Below, in pieces: positions 50,986 through 63,059 of a stretch of 64,000 nucleotides of DNA. Position 1 is the stretch's first letter; each line of letters begins with the position of its first letter. The notes beneath the pieces were generated by a model. It did not search any database and was not told the origin of the DNA. It saw only the letters and a list, made by a program, of their open reading frames with translations. The DNA is from Felis catus. Its lineage: Eukaryota. The stretch is taken from contig NC_058377.1 in NCBI RefSeq assembly GCF_018350175.1, forward strand, positions 60,760,001 through 60,824,000, in the 5' to 3' direction. A program made the position numbers and the translations under genes.

Positions 50986-52112
50986 CTCCTATTAAAGCCA
51001 ATACTGAAAAGGTTCTAGGCACTGAGGCTTTTATGTTACTAAAACCAACATCAGTTGAAGGTACTTTAAGAAGAATCAGGAACATGTTTGCTTCTCCCAG
51101 AAGAAACACGATTGGAGACTAAAAGTGTCCCCAAAAATGAATAGGTTGGTGAATAAGTATTTGAATATTTACATATTCTGTTAGGATAAGGAGGAAATAA
51201 AATATTTATGTTGAAAGAAAATTACGGTGGGGGGGCAAGAATTAGTTGACATATATGAGTTAAGCACACTTCACTGATAAGGTTGTATTAGTTGATATCT
51301 AAAGGATGTTGAGAGGAAGATAGAATATTCTAGAAAATAACAACTGGGGGACGTGGAACGATTTAGAGCAAAACCCTAACACAGATAAGAAGAGAATATG
51401 TTTGGAAGAAGAATAGAAGGGCTGAAGTAAAGGAAAATGGTGACAACTGGTATGTTGAAAAAATAGAATATACTGCTCAGAAATAATAGTAAATAACTAC
51501 TTATCATACATACAACAGCATGGCTGAATCTGAAAATCTCTATACTGAGTGAAAGACACCAGAATTAAAAGAATATATTATTTGTTCTTAGATTTATGAA
51601 AGTTTTAGTGAGAGAAAATAAATATATATTGAAAGAAATCAGATCAGGCTTTGCCTGGTTTGGGTACAGAGGTGGCGACTGGCTCCAGAGAGGCAAGAGA
51701 AACTTTCCAAAGTGTTGAAAATGTTCTATGTCTTAACTGGGGTGGGAGCTACAGAGGCATTTATATGTGTTAGAACTCTTCAAACTGTGCATTAAAATAC
51801 TTACATTTTATTGTCACAAGTTATACAGAAATAAAGTTGATTTTAAAAAGAGGGAGAGGGGCTCACAATCACTAACTGATTTGCTGATAACAGTATAACA
51901 GTCCCTTGATAACTCTAAAATTTGAGGATCATGAAAATGCTCCTTCAGAATACCTATTCATTTTTGGGGACACTTTTAGTCTCTAATAGTGTTTCTTCTG
52001 GGAGAAGCAAACATGTTCCTGATTCTTCTTAAAGTACCTTCAACTGATGTTGGTTTTAGTAACATAAAAGCCTCAGTGCCTAGAACCTTTTCAGTATTGG
52101 CTTTAACAGGAG
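50986..52112. repeat. Inverted repeat: 161-bp arms (50986-51146 and 51952-52112), 805-bp spacer
   Basis: The arms are reverse complements with about 3 mismatches. The left arm is absent from paralogous unit A. Confidence 0.92.
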
Positions 52113-53242
52113 AATGGTGCAGGATGATAAAAAGACCAATTCAATAATTGTGGTGGGTGATTGTACCTTGTTTGTGGTGATGGTATTATGTCTGTAGCAT
52201 ATGTTCAAACCATCAAAATATATACATTAAATAAGTACAACTTTTTGTAGAAGTATACCTCATAAAGAAAAAATGAAAGTAAAAAATGCAGTTTCTAATA
52301 ATAGTTGAAATTTTAATATAAAAGGAAATTAAATATTAACAAATACTAAAACTTCTAGTGATTTTCTCACTACCTTTAACGATACAGTATAGTTATCTTC
52401 AGAAGGGAAATTCTCCTTCATTCTTTTCCCACACTCTGTCATTCTGAAATCCATTGAATCAGGGATTTAGGAAATTTTGGAAGGAGAATTCAATGCTCAG
52501 CATACCTAATCCTCATTCTTACCAGTCTCAAAAGGTTGTGATTCTGGTTTAATTTCACATCTGGAGTTTCAAGATTTTCTGGAAGTTATTCTAGAGTCCT
52601 TCATCTTTCAGATTGCCCACTGCCTTCCCCTAGGCTTTGGCACTCAAATAACCTCTTTGTACACTTTTTTTGTTTCAATTACATTTGCTCACACTAAAAT
52701 TAAGCTTCCTCAATCAAGGATAATTTTAAAGAATACATAAAAATGAAGAAATAAAATTAAGAAACCACAAATATCACTCCTCTGAGTTGCTATTATTAGA
52801 TTTTGGATGTCTTTCCAGAGTATTTTTCTATGCCTTCTATTTCTTTTTGAATTGGCCATAGCCTTATGGGCAAATGTTTTTTTCTTTTTTCTTTAATGTT
52901 CTATCTTGGTCATTTTACATACCTTTCCATACTCTTTGCAAATACATTAGTTAAATGTTACATGATATTCAATTGTTTATTCTTCATCTGGGTCTTATAG
53001 GTTATTATTAGAATGTTTTCCAGTTTTTGTTTTTATAAGTAATGAATCTGTATGTGCCTTTGAATTTCTTTTTCAAATTCTATTTTTATAAAGAGATCCC
53101 AAGATGGGGAATACATGTGTTTTCTAATTGTTCTGGTAGAAATTTCAAGTATCCTTTTTAACAAGGTTTACCAACTTGTACTTCTAGTGATAGTGTAAAA
53201 ATAATTTTCACCTTGGTGGTCTGTGGAAATGGCATTCTTTTA

Positions 53243-53682
53243 TTTATTTATTTATTTATTTTTTCAATATATGAAATTTATTGTCAAATTGGTTTCCATA
53301 CAACACCCAGTGCTCTTCCCAAAAGGTGCCCTCCTCAATACCCATCACCCACCCTCCCCTCCCTCCCACCCCCCATCAACCCTCAGTTTGTTCTCAGTTT
53401 TTAAGAGTCTCTTATGCTCTGGCTCTCTCCCACTTTAACCTCTTTTTTTTTTTTTTCCTTCCTCTCCCCCATGGGTTTCTGTTAAGTTTTTCAGGATCCA
53501 CATAAGAGTGAAAACATATGGTATCTGTCTTTCTCTGTATGGCTTATTTCACTTAGCATCACACTCTCCAGTTCCATCCACGTTGCTACAAAGGGCCATA
53601 TTCCGTTCTTTCTCATTGCCCTGTAGTACTCCATTGTGTATCAAAACCACAATTTCTTTATCCATTCATCAGTTGATGGACA
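53243..53682 (-). mobile_element. 5'-truncated young L1 3' end
   Basis: Nearly identical to the L1 3' end at 23360-23770. Perfect 18-bp TSD ggaaatggcattctttta (53225-53242 and 53683-53700); empty site in units A and B. Confidence 0.93.
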
Positions 53683-54001
53683 GGAAATGGCATTCTTTTA
53701 AAATCTTCACTAATTTGGTAGGTTGACATATTTTTCACTGTTTTCTTATGATGATGAACATTGGTCAACTCAGCATTTATGGTTAATCACATCTCTTGTT
53801 GTGGGCTCTTGTTGAGAGCTCTTGTGGGCATCCCGAAAATTGGTCCTACTCTGGAGGGTTACTAAACTCTGGGCCTTTTGTTCACAGAGATGACTTTGTG
53901 CTGATATGTGATGGCATGACAAATTATCTGCATTTGTGTTCCTAGATCAGTGAGGTGATTGGGTTGGTTGTTATACTATGACTTTTGGCTCAGGGATCTT
54001 T

Positions 54002-54934
54002 TCAACAACAACCTTGAATGACCCTGTTCCTGATCTGCTTGGTTCTAACTCCATAGATGATGGGGTTGAGCATGGGAGGAACCAGGAGATAGAGATTGGC
54101 AAACATGATATGTACTGCTCGGGGTACATGATGTCCAAAGCGGTGGGTGAGGAACGTAAAGAGCGCTGGGATATAAAAAGCCAAGATGACACAGATATGG
54201 GATGCACATGTTCCAAAAGCCTTGAGCTGGGCTTCACCAGAAGGCAACCCCAGAACAGTTCTCAAAATCATCACATAGGATACACTGATGACAATCATAT
54301 CAAAGCCAACCACAGAGAAGGCCCCAAAGAGCCCATATGCACGATTTACTCTAGTATCTGCACACACCAGCTTTAGCACAGCCATGTGCTCACAGTATGA
54401 CTGGGGAATGATCTGGTTGGGGCAGAAGGGCATCCTGGAGACCATAATGCAGAAGGGGCTCACCAAAAGCAATGCTCTCATCATCACAGCTGCTCCCAAT
54501 TTACCCACTACAGCTGGGGTCAGGACACTTGAGTGACGGAGTGGGAAGCAGATGGCCACATAACGGTCCAAGGCCATAGCCATGAGCACCCCAGACTCCA
54601 CAGAGGAAAAGGCATGGATGAAGAACATCTGGATGAGGCAGGCGTGGTATTCAGTCTCATGAGCATGAAACCAGAGTATAGCCAGCATTTTAGGTTGGGT
54701 GGAAGATGAGAGGACCAGGTCAGTGATAGCCAGCATGGCTAGAAAGAGGTACATGGGCTCATGCAGAGTGTGGTCAATTCGGACTATATGAAGGACAGTG
54801 GTATTGCCAATTATAGCCACAATATACATGGCACAGAGAGGAAAGGCAATCCAAAATTGGGAATTCTCGAGTCCTGGGATCCCAAGTAGGATGAAGTATG
54901 CAGGATGTGAAGAGCTGTTCTCTAAAGCCAGCAT
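54002..54934 (-). CDS. OR52R1: Olfactory receptor 52R1 paralogue C, 310 aa; GGA>TGA removes the last 4 residues
   Basis: Same motifs; ATG at 54934. Ends TGT TGT TGA AAA GAT CCC TGA, against TGT GGA AAA GAT CCC TGA in copy A. All 7 TM helices are retained. Confidence 0.9.
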   Translation of the reverse strand: MLALENSSSHPAYFILLGIPGLENSQFWIAFPLCAMYIVAIIGNTTVLHIVRIDHTLHEPMYLFLAMLAITDLVLSSSTQPKMLAILWFHAHETEYHACLIQMFFIHAFSSVESGVLMAMALDRYVAICFPLRHSSVLTPAVVGKLGAAVMMRALLLVSPFCIMVSRMPFCPNQIIPQSYCEHMAVLKLVCADTRVNRAYGLFGAFSVVGFDMIVISVSYVMILRTVLGLPSGEAQLKAFGTCASHICVILAFYIPALFTFLTHRFGHHVPRAVHIMFANLYLLVPPMLNPIIYGVRTKQIRNRVIQGCC

Positions 54935-55567
54935 CACAGGATGGTTAATTTGGTTTCCTTGGGAAGGTAATCTATGCTCTACAAGTGATAACAATGAAAT
55001 AACAATGAAATAAGTTGAATAAGTTGAATGAAATAAGTTGTTAGTATTTTTTATAATATTTTAGAAGAAGCCATTGAATAATAGGTTGATTGGCTTTAAA
55101 AGTAAACTGGAATAATTTCGAATGTTTTAATAAATTAAATTTTGGAACATAAAGTGATGTCATTCCTTAGCCTTCATTCATATTTATGTCACTCAAAGTA
55201 GTGTCAGAACATACTAGCTGCAAGTGTAGTTTCTGTATAAGTATCAATATTATCCATGAAAGTAGAATCTGTTAAGAGAAAACTATCTTAACAAATAATG
55301 TCATTAATAGTAATTCTCGTCCTTCTATTCTTTAGGACAAAATGATTTGTTTAACCTTTCCAACAGGTTGTTTTCAGCCATTTATTTAAGCCACTTGGGA
55401 ACTTTTCAGGACAGGAAAGCACTTTGTCTTAATGGCATTGTACGTAGTGCTGATGAGTTATTTTTGATTCTAGGAGTTACCGGGAGAATTTGGGCTGGAG
55501 GGTAACTGAGTGACAGATTGTACACCTGCCGTTAAACCTGTTATGTATAGTGAATGTCTCCTCCTAG

Positions 55568-55792
55568 ATTAGGGGCCAGCAACTGTTTTCTGTAAAAGGC
55601 CAGATCACGCATATTTTAGTCTTTGTGGGCCATACAGTCTTGTTGGTATTAGTCAGCTTGGGCATGGTAGCATGAAAGCAGCCACAGTCAATATGGAAAT
55701 GTGTGAGTGTGGCTACATTCCAATACAATTTTATTTTCAAAAACAGGCTGCAAGCTGGATTTGGTCTGCAGGTGATAGTTTACTAACTCCTG
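55568..55792 (+). mobile_element. MER58-like MITE (unit C copy)
   Basis: Paralogue of 31317-31542. Confidence 0.65.
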
Positions 55793-58051
55793 TCCTGCAT
55801 GATGAATTTTCATGAGGTCGGCCCCAACGAGTACACCAACCTGAGCACTTTTCTACTTGGCACAGAACAGGGTTTTAATAAATGTTTGCTGAAGCAAACA
55901 ACAAATAAATGTCATTGTTCAGGGGCAATGGACTTTTTACCTGGTTAGCCATATCTTAAAAATGTCCTAATAGAACCTTCTAAACACTACTTTGATGCCA
56001 GGTCACAAGACAGCTATATGTATTTTTCATGCTGGAGTCTGAGCTGCTGTCTGTTGACAGGCATGAATGTCTTCCTGTGCCAATACTTGCATTACAATGG
56101 TTGACCCTGGCTGATCCCTCTGCTGACTGTTACCTATGTAGAGTCAATGACCAATTTAATCTCAATTGACCAGAGCCTTTGTTTGAATGTCCTCCCTAAC
56201 GGAAACACCCAGATAAGAAGAGTATCTTTTCAAATCTCCCTTAACCAGCCTCTGGAGACTAACAAAATTTCATTCAACCTGATGTAATGGTTCCTAAAAA
56301 GGTTTTGTCCGAGATCCCAAATAAACTTAATCTCTTTCTGACTTTCCCTATATTTATAGCATTATAAGAGAAATGTGGGTCAGAACTTAAAAATTTTGCT
56401 TTAATTTGGAAACTTTACTATCCTACCTAGATAATAGCTAGGGCTTTGCTCAGAACAAATACTCCTCTCCAGGGCATAGTGAAAATTCAGAAACACACAC
56501 GTTATCTGGTGTTTAACATTCTTTTTCATGCGCTTCTGCCTGGCTTTCAGTTTATCTTCTGTTTGAACCAGAATCTTCTTTTCTCCTTCCCTTCTGCCCC
56601 CTGTAAGTCACCCTCCATTTGTGAAGACATACTCACTGGGTCACATGGGCACCTGGGAGAGCATAATAAGGCCATTTTTGTTCCTGCACTGAACACTGAT
56701 AAAGGTGCTGGGTAAACCTACAATGTCTCAAAGTGCATAATAATCTAATTACTCATAGAAAATGTTGCTATTTTTGTAAATATAACACTATTTGCTTTTA
56801 CATGTTATTGTTTTCAATACACACTTACACACTTCTGCCCATCAGCCTTCATGGGCAATTTACCTGTTCTACATACTCTTTTTGGAGTGGTGACTCTTCT
56901 TAGGTGGGGACCAGGAACCCAAGTCTGAGGTAGGAGATGGGGCTCTTGACTGGTGCCTCTCTTTCTTCTCTACATTTACATTCCCATGGAATCTGATGTC
57001 CTCACTATCAGCATTTCCTTTGTCTTTTTCCCTCCTCAGACTTGCAAGGAGTTAAGTCTGCAACTAATGTGGAGTGGACAAGGACTTAACCAATTAACCA
57101 TTAGCCAAGAATAACCAATCTTAGGTCATTTTTTTTTTATACAGTGTGTGAGGTTTTCAATAGTAATTCTGAGGGGAGACACAAGTCATCAACTTGCTGC
57201 TGAGTTGGGGGAAAGAGATGTACATTCCCTAAAAAGTAGGAAAAAGAAGGGCAATATAATTTCCCTTCTTGCCCAAAATTCCTTCCCCCTTTCCCTGCTT
57301 ATAAATATGTCCCTGTCCTTGCCTACCATATGCTAGACCTCACGTGAGCATAGTGCTTATTGGCAGAAGAAATTAAGCCATCTTTTTTTCTATGTTACAG
57401 CCAGGGTGATCACACATTGAACTTCAGATTCAATGTTGCTGTTCTCCAAAGTACAATATGATTTGTGAGAACTTGGCATAACTTTTGTTTCAGGGAATAT
57501 GGTTGCAAGAAAAATGTTCTCACACTGCTGGAGCTCAGTTTTCATCTGTGAGTATGGGTTTGAATCCAGTGCTGATACCACTACCTCTGTTGACTTCAAT
57601 TACCCCACTCATTATGTAGAAATAGTTATGTTCATCAGTTTAATCGAGTTGTTCAAGTCTGAAAGGGTAAAGGATAAAATGGGCTGAGATTTTGCTAAGG
57701 AATGGCTTCAGAGAAATTTAGTCTGTTCTCTCACTTTGGGGTATCTAAAACTAAGGCATGTAGCAAGATTGCCGAAGTGGGGTAGGGTTCAGATCCTGCG
57801 TCCTTTGTGGAGGGATTGAGTGTGGAGGCAGGCTGCCTACTTGTCTAGAATTTCCCTGGAGGACACAGTGTGAGCAGCGAATTGTCTCCCCATCTCAGAA
57901 GGAAATTCACCAGTCATGGATCGCTGGACCTGGAGCCCGCATAAGTCAGGTCATTCCGCACAGTGCATTGCCTTGCATTTCAGATTCTTAGAGACCCTGT
58001 GAGTCCTACTGTTCTCTGGGAAGGGCAGAGATGACTGGGGCATAGGGGACC

Positions 58052-58270
58052 ACTCACCTTGAGCTGTGCTTTATCTCTGACCATAAGCAGCTCTAACTGG
58101 CTCCTGTGATTTAGCTTTTTACAGAGACTATGAGTTTGGACCTATTTAAAGACCTGTTTAAGTCTGGCCTTTCCCTTCGCCAGCATTAATTCTTTCCTTC
58201 CTCTTGGGCCCCACTGCCTCATACTCTGGCTTCCTCTGAGACTGGAGGGTAAGCTGGAAGCATTAACCCC
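58052..58270 (-). promoter_or_regulatory. Putative promoter and first exon of OR52R1-C
   Basis: Essentially identical to the copy B element; donor at 58057-58052 and TATA-like at 58151-58143. Confidence 0.55.
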
Positions 58271-58949
58271 TAACTTGCCCTCTTTCCTCTGTATACACAT
58301 AGCTGAAGCAGGGGATTTGAATGCATGTGCAAGAATGTGTGTTGTTGAGATTACAGGAGTGTGAGCTTATCTGTATGCATGCATTTTTTGTTAGTGAAAC
58401 AAAATGTGAATGTGGAATGCGAAAGTGTGTTGATATGTTTGTTGATGTGTATCTGGGAGATGTGTTAATGAACACGTGTAAGGATTGGATTTGCATGTGA
58501 ATGTATGTGTATAAGCTGTGTTTGTGTAGGTATAAATAATCATTTGCTGTTGGTATACATATTTAGTGGGATAGTGTGGCTTTGTGAGTACAAAGCCACT
58601 AAATACACATGTTTTATGAAGGCATACACTGAGCTCCAAACCCGACACTGTGATTACACATCACTGTGTGTCTATACGAGTATGTATAGGCAATATTGTG
58701 GGTTTGATGAGGGTGTTGACAATCTGTTGGTGCTTCTGTGTGTCCCAAGGTACAATGGTCTAAGCCCTTTCACTTCTTATTAGGAGAGGGAAAACAAATT
58801 CCAGATGGAGGTCTTGCCATAGTTGTTTGTGGAAAGTTGTGAAGCTGGAAAGCCCTCCTAGCTCAGCCTGAACAGTTAAGTCTGTGCAGAGCTTCCTGTC
58901 ACTCCCTGTGTAGGCCCTTGCTGGTATTCTCTTATTTCTTTTCTCTTAA

Positions 58950-59167
58950 AAAAACGTTGTTTTAATGTTTGTTTATTTTTGAAGGAGAGAGGGAGAGAGC
59001 ATGAGTGGGGGAGGGGCAGAGAGTGAGGGAGACACAGAATCTGAAGCAGGCTCTAGGGATCTGAGTTGTCAGCACAGAGGCCGATGTGGGACTCGAACCC
59101 ACAAACTGTGAGATCATGACCTGAGCTGAAGTCAGACACTTAACCGACTGAACCACCCAGGCGCCCC
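58950..59167 (-). mobile_element. CAN-SINE, specific to unit C
   Basis: Full element; empty site in units A and B. Confidence 0.88.
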
Positions 59168-59311
59168 TCATATATTTTTTTCTCAACATTCCCTAATGTG
59201 AAGGATATGTCATAAATGAAGATTTGACAAAAATGTGTTTAAAAACAGAGACTAATAATTTTTTTGCAGAGTTCAGAGTTGTCAGACTCAGAAGATACGC
59301 TCTGCCATTTA

Positions 59312-59529
59312 AATTTTTTTTTTTTAATGTTTATTTATTTTGGGGACAGAGAGAGACAGAGCATGAATGGGGGAGGGGCAGAGAGAGAGGGAGACACAGA
59401 ATGGGAAGCAGGCTCCAGGCTCTGAGCCATCAGCCCAGAGCCCGACGCAGGGCTCGAACTCAAGGTCTGTGAGATGGTGACCTGAGCTGAAGTCGGAAGC
59501 TTAACCGACTGAGCCACCCAGGCGCCCCC
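59312..59529 (-). mobile_element. Young felid SINE, specific to unit C
   Basis: Perfect TSD gctctgccatttaa. Confidence 0.92.
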
Positions 59530-60057
59530 GCTCTGCCATTTAAGCCCAACATTCATTTATAGGGAAATAAATCACACAAAATGTTACCAACATTATCAGG
59601 GTTATAGTAATCTGTTTATGGTGAATTGCCATCATCAAGTTCACAAAGGTCATGGTTTAAGATATCAGCATAACAAAAATCTAGGGTACAACTGTTTTTG
59701 TTAGGGAGTCCCAGTTTACAGGAAATATTCAAGGTTTTATTATTCTTGGGATCAGGGTCACATTGTAATTTTGGAGTTATCTCTGGTTGTAACTTTTTCT
59801 GTGTCTGCTTCTGTTAGCAGTTGTGGATTAAACACTTGGTGTAATGAAAGTAGAAGAGAGTGCCACATGCTTCTCTTTCTCCTTCTTTCTTAACTAGAGG
59901 AATTTTCTCCCAAATAACATGAAACATCTCGGGATAGGACCTGAGTTTCCTCATCTCATGAATCTTCCCATGATCCCCAATGCTATGGTGGCTCCAAGCA
60001 GACATGATATCCAAGCTCTTATTGAAGTAACTTGTTAGACCATCCACAGTGTTTTTC

Positions 60058-60272
60058 TTTTTTTTTTTTTAATGTTTATTTATTTTTGAGACAGAGAGAG
60101 ACAGAGCATGAATGGGGGAGGGGCAGAGAGAGAGGGAAACACAGAATCGGAAGCAGGCTCCAGGCTCTGAGCCATCAGCCCAGAGCCCGACGCGGGGCTC
60201 GAACTCCCGGACCGCGAGATCGTGACCTGGCTGAAGTCGGACGCTTAACCAACTGCGCCACCCAGGCGCCCC
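60058..60272 (-). mobile_element. Young felid SINE, specific to unit C
   Basis: Perfect TSD ccacagtgtttttc. Confidence 0.92.
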
Positions 60273-61545
60273 ACCACAGTGTTTTTCAACTCTAGCGGGG
60301 CATGACTTGCTGAAATGAGTGTGTAGCAGGCAGGTCAGTACTTTCCTGATTTGGTCTCGTAAAGTTCTCCTCATGGTTTGTGTGTTTCAAAAGCTGGTGT
60401 CTCTGCAGGATGCACAGAGGACTTGTGCACTTGGCTTGCAGACCTCTAAACCTCAGTCTCCAGTAGACAGTGAAAAGATTTGTGGGCAATATTGAGAGTC
60501 TAGTTAAGGTTGGTTACCACGAACTTGTAGCCACACCAATCTGTGAGTTAGGTTTTGTGGGGTTGTGAGGGCAGAGACAGAGAAAAATGTTTGGAAAGGA
60601 AGTTTTGATGGATGAAAAAGCTGTTGAGGATATTGACCTGAGAATACTGAGATACTTGCATGTAATTATGTCAAAAGCTTGTCCCCATCCATAGCCCCAT
60701 AGCTCTTCTATCCTCACTTGTGTTGTCCTCTATCTCCACAGTGGATACTCAGTCAATCATGAATGGACATGGCCTGAACCTTGCCAAAGCTCAGAGATAC
60801 TCAGTCTCTGAATCCTTGAACATACCCTATGTATATTTTCCCAATCTTTTCAGTCCTCTTTTCTTTTCAAGTTCTTTTCTATGAAATATAGTCCTCATAG
60901 TTCATCATTTCAACCATACTTGTGTGAATAACCTCAACACTATCTATCCATCACAGCTACCATTATGTCATTGTCTCCTGCTACCCCTGTACCACTGAGC
61001 AACTGCTAGAAGCAATAGCACCAATGATCAGATTGGGACCATTGCAAGTTCATGGCAACTGACTTTACCTGGGCTCTCAAAGCAGCCCAAACTATTTTCA
61101 CATTTCTCTCCCCTTAATTGTGCAGAGACATTGTGTTTGGAAACTGTAATAACTGACCTCCTTGACTAAGTTTATTGTTCAGACTCTGTCCACTAATTAC
61201 AATGAATATCTTTTGTTACTTTGTGCATCTTCTCAAGAGGCAGAACTTCCAACCATAATGTAGAAGGTTAAACTGTCTGTTATCTGACCTCAGAAGGTGT
61301 ATAACGATGGTTTTTTGTCCTCATTTCTTACTCTCCTGAAGAAAGTGCTCTCACTGCCAGTTGCTCCACCATGCAGGGTTCATTACCACATTCAGGAAGG
61401 AAATCAAATATGGTTAGAGGGGAAATAATCAGGGCTATGCTCTGCTTTCTCAAAGTTCAGGGAGAAGCTTGCTGATGTTAACACTGTAGTGAAGGCCCTG
61501 GAGACCGAAAAAGACAAGAAAATGTATGTGCACTGCTTGGACAAT

Positions 61546-61999
61546 TGTGGGTTGAATTGTGTCCCCCCACCCCAATTTATATGTTGAATTTCTAACCCCC
61601 AGTACCTCAGAATATATCTTATTTTGAAATAGAGTCATTAAAGACATAGTTAGCTAAGATGAACTTACACTGGAGTAGGGTGGGTCTTGGTCCAATATGA
61701 CTGATGTCCTTATAAAAATTGAAATTTGGACCCAGAGACATATAAATAGATAGAGAATACCATGTGGACATGAAGGCAGAAATCAAGATGATGTGTTATA
61801 AGCCAGTTTTATAGCAAACCACCAGAAGCCAGGAGAGAAGCATTGAACAGATTCACTTTCATAGCCAACAGAAGAAACCAACATGTCTGATACCTTAATC
61901 CTAGACTTCTAAGCTCCAGAACTATAACGCAATACATTTCTGTCAGTTAAGCTATTCAGTTTGTGGCACTTTATTATGGCAGCCTAACAAACTAATACA
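61546..61999 (+). mobile_element. MaLR LTR (MLT1B/C-like), full length
   Basis: tgtgggttgaattgtgtcccc...ggcagcctaacaaactaataCA; 5-bp TSD acaat/gcaat. Confidence 0.8.
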
Positions 62000-62751
62000 G
62001 CAATAAATCCATTTTATCCTTAATTTTAAATCTTCATCTATAAATAATTATAGTCCACATGAGCCAGTGGATTTTTTTTTTTTTTTAACTAGGCTTCATG
62101 CCCAGCATAGAGTCCAATGTGGGGCTGAACTTGTGATCCTTAGATCAAGACCTGAGCTGAGATTAAGAGTTGGGCAGTTAACTAACTGAGCCATTCAAGA
62201 TCAGCAGCCAGTGGATTTTAAACATAGTTTTTATTAGTTTATCTAATTAATTGCTAAATGTAATTTAATTCAATTATTTATCTAATTAAATTGTTTTCTA
62301 TTTAGGCAGTGATCCTACTGTATCCCACATAACTTAGGGGTGGCCTTGTATGCATGTAAGGATAGATCAATACATTATTGAAAAAAATGATAAAGAAACC
62401 AGAAATAGCTTCAAGCAGAATTAATTTTCAGCAGAGAAAGTAATGCACTTCAGGGACAGAAAAATGTCTTTATGGCACTAAACTAATTGTCTGTATAAAA
62501 GAAAAATGAACCTTAACTCCTACCTCAAAAAAATCTTTATTGAATTATAATATAAACCTAGATTTGAAAGCTAGAACTATAATATTCTAAAAGAAAAAAT
62601 AGAATAATATTGTCATGAACTTTAGGAAAGCAAAGATTTCTTAGCCTGCAAAAAGCACTAGCTATGAAAGAAAAAAATACAGTTGAGCTTCATCAAAATT
62701 TTAAAAAATCAATCTCAAAAGGTGGCATTATAAATTTGAAAAGGCAAACAT

Positions 62752-62945
62752 GGGGTGCCTGGGGGGATTGGTCAGTTGAGTGTCTGACTTGGGGGTCATG
62801 ATCTCACAGTTTGTAAGTTCAAGCCCCGTGTGGGGCTCTGTTCTGACAGCTCAGAGCCTAGATCCTGCTTCGGATTCTGTGTCTCCCTCACGCTCTCTCT
62901 GTTTCTGTCTTTCTCTCAAAAATAAATAGACATTAAAGAAAAAAG
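62752..62945 (+). mobile_element. CAN-SINE
   Basis: TSD gaaaaggcaa. Confidence 0.85.
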
Positions 62946-63059
62946 AAAAGGCAAGTCACAGATGGAGAAAATATTCACAATGCCTATAACTGAAAAATAA
63001 AGTTCCATAATCAATTAATGAAAAAACAAGCAGCTTATTAAAATTTTAAGCAAATGATT

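Larger units (their letters stand above)
49400..62000. repeat. Segmental duplication unit C (OR52R1 unit)
   Basis: Starts with the same SINE-tail junction gaaataacatggctggtaactctagggc as unit A at 24710. Its right part matches unit B. Confidence 0.9.

Noticed and set aside
29647-54536. Antisense and alternate-frame ORFs over the OR genes that recur in each copy
   Set aside because: They are shadows of the near-identical OR coding sequences.
54935-54994. 20-aa extension of OR52R1-C
   Set aside because: It starts at a non-ATG codon and spans the acceptor region.
44404-58783. Identical 60-130 aa ORFs in units B and C (e.g. MCISCVCVG..., MKSTEVVV...)
   Set aside because: They are identical because the DNA tract is identical. 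The sequence is low-complexity TG-rich, with no recognisable domain.
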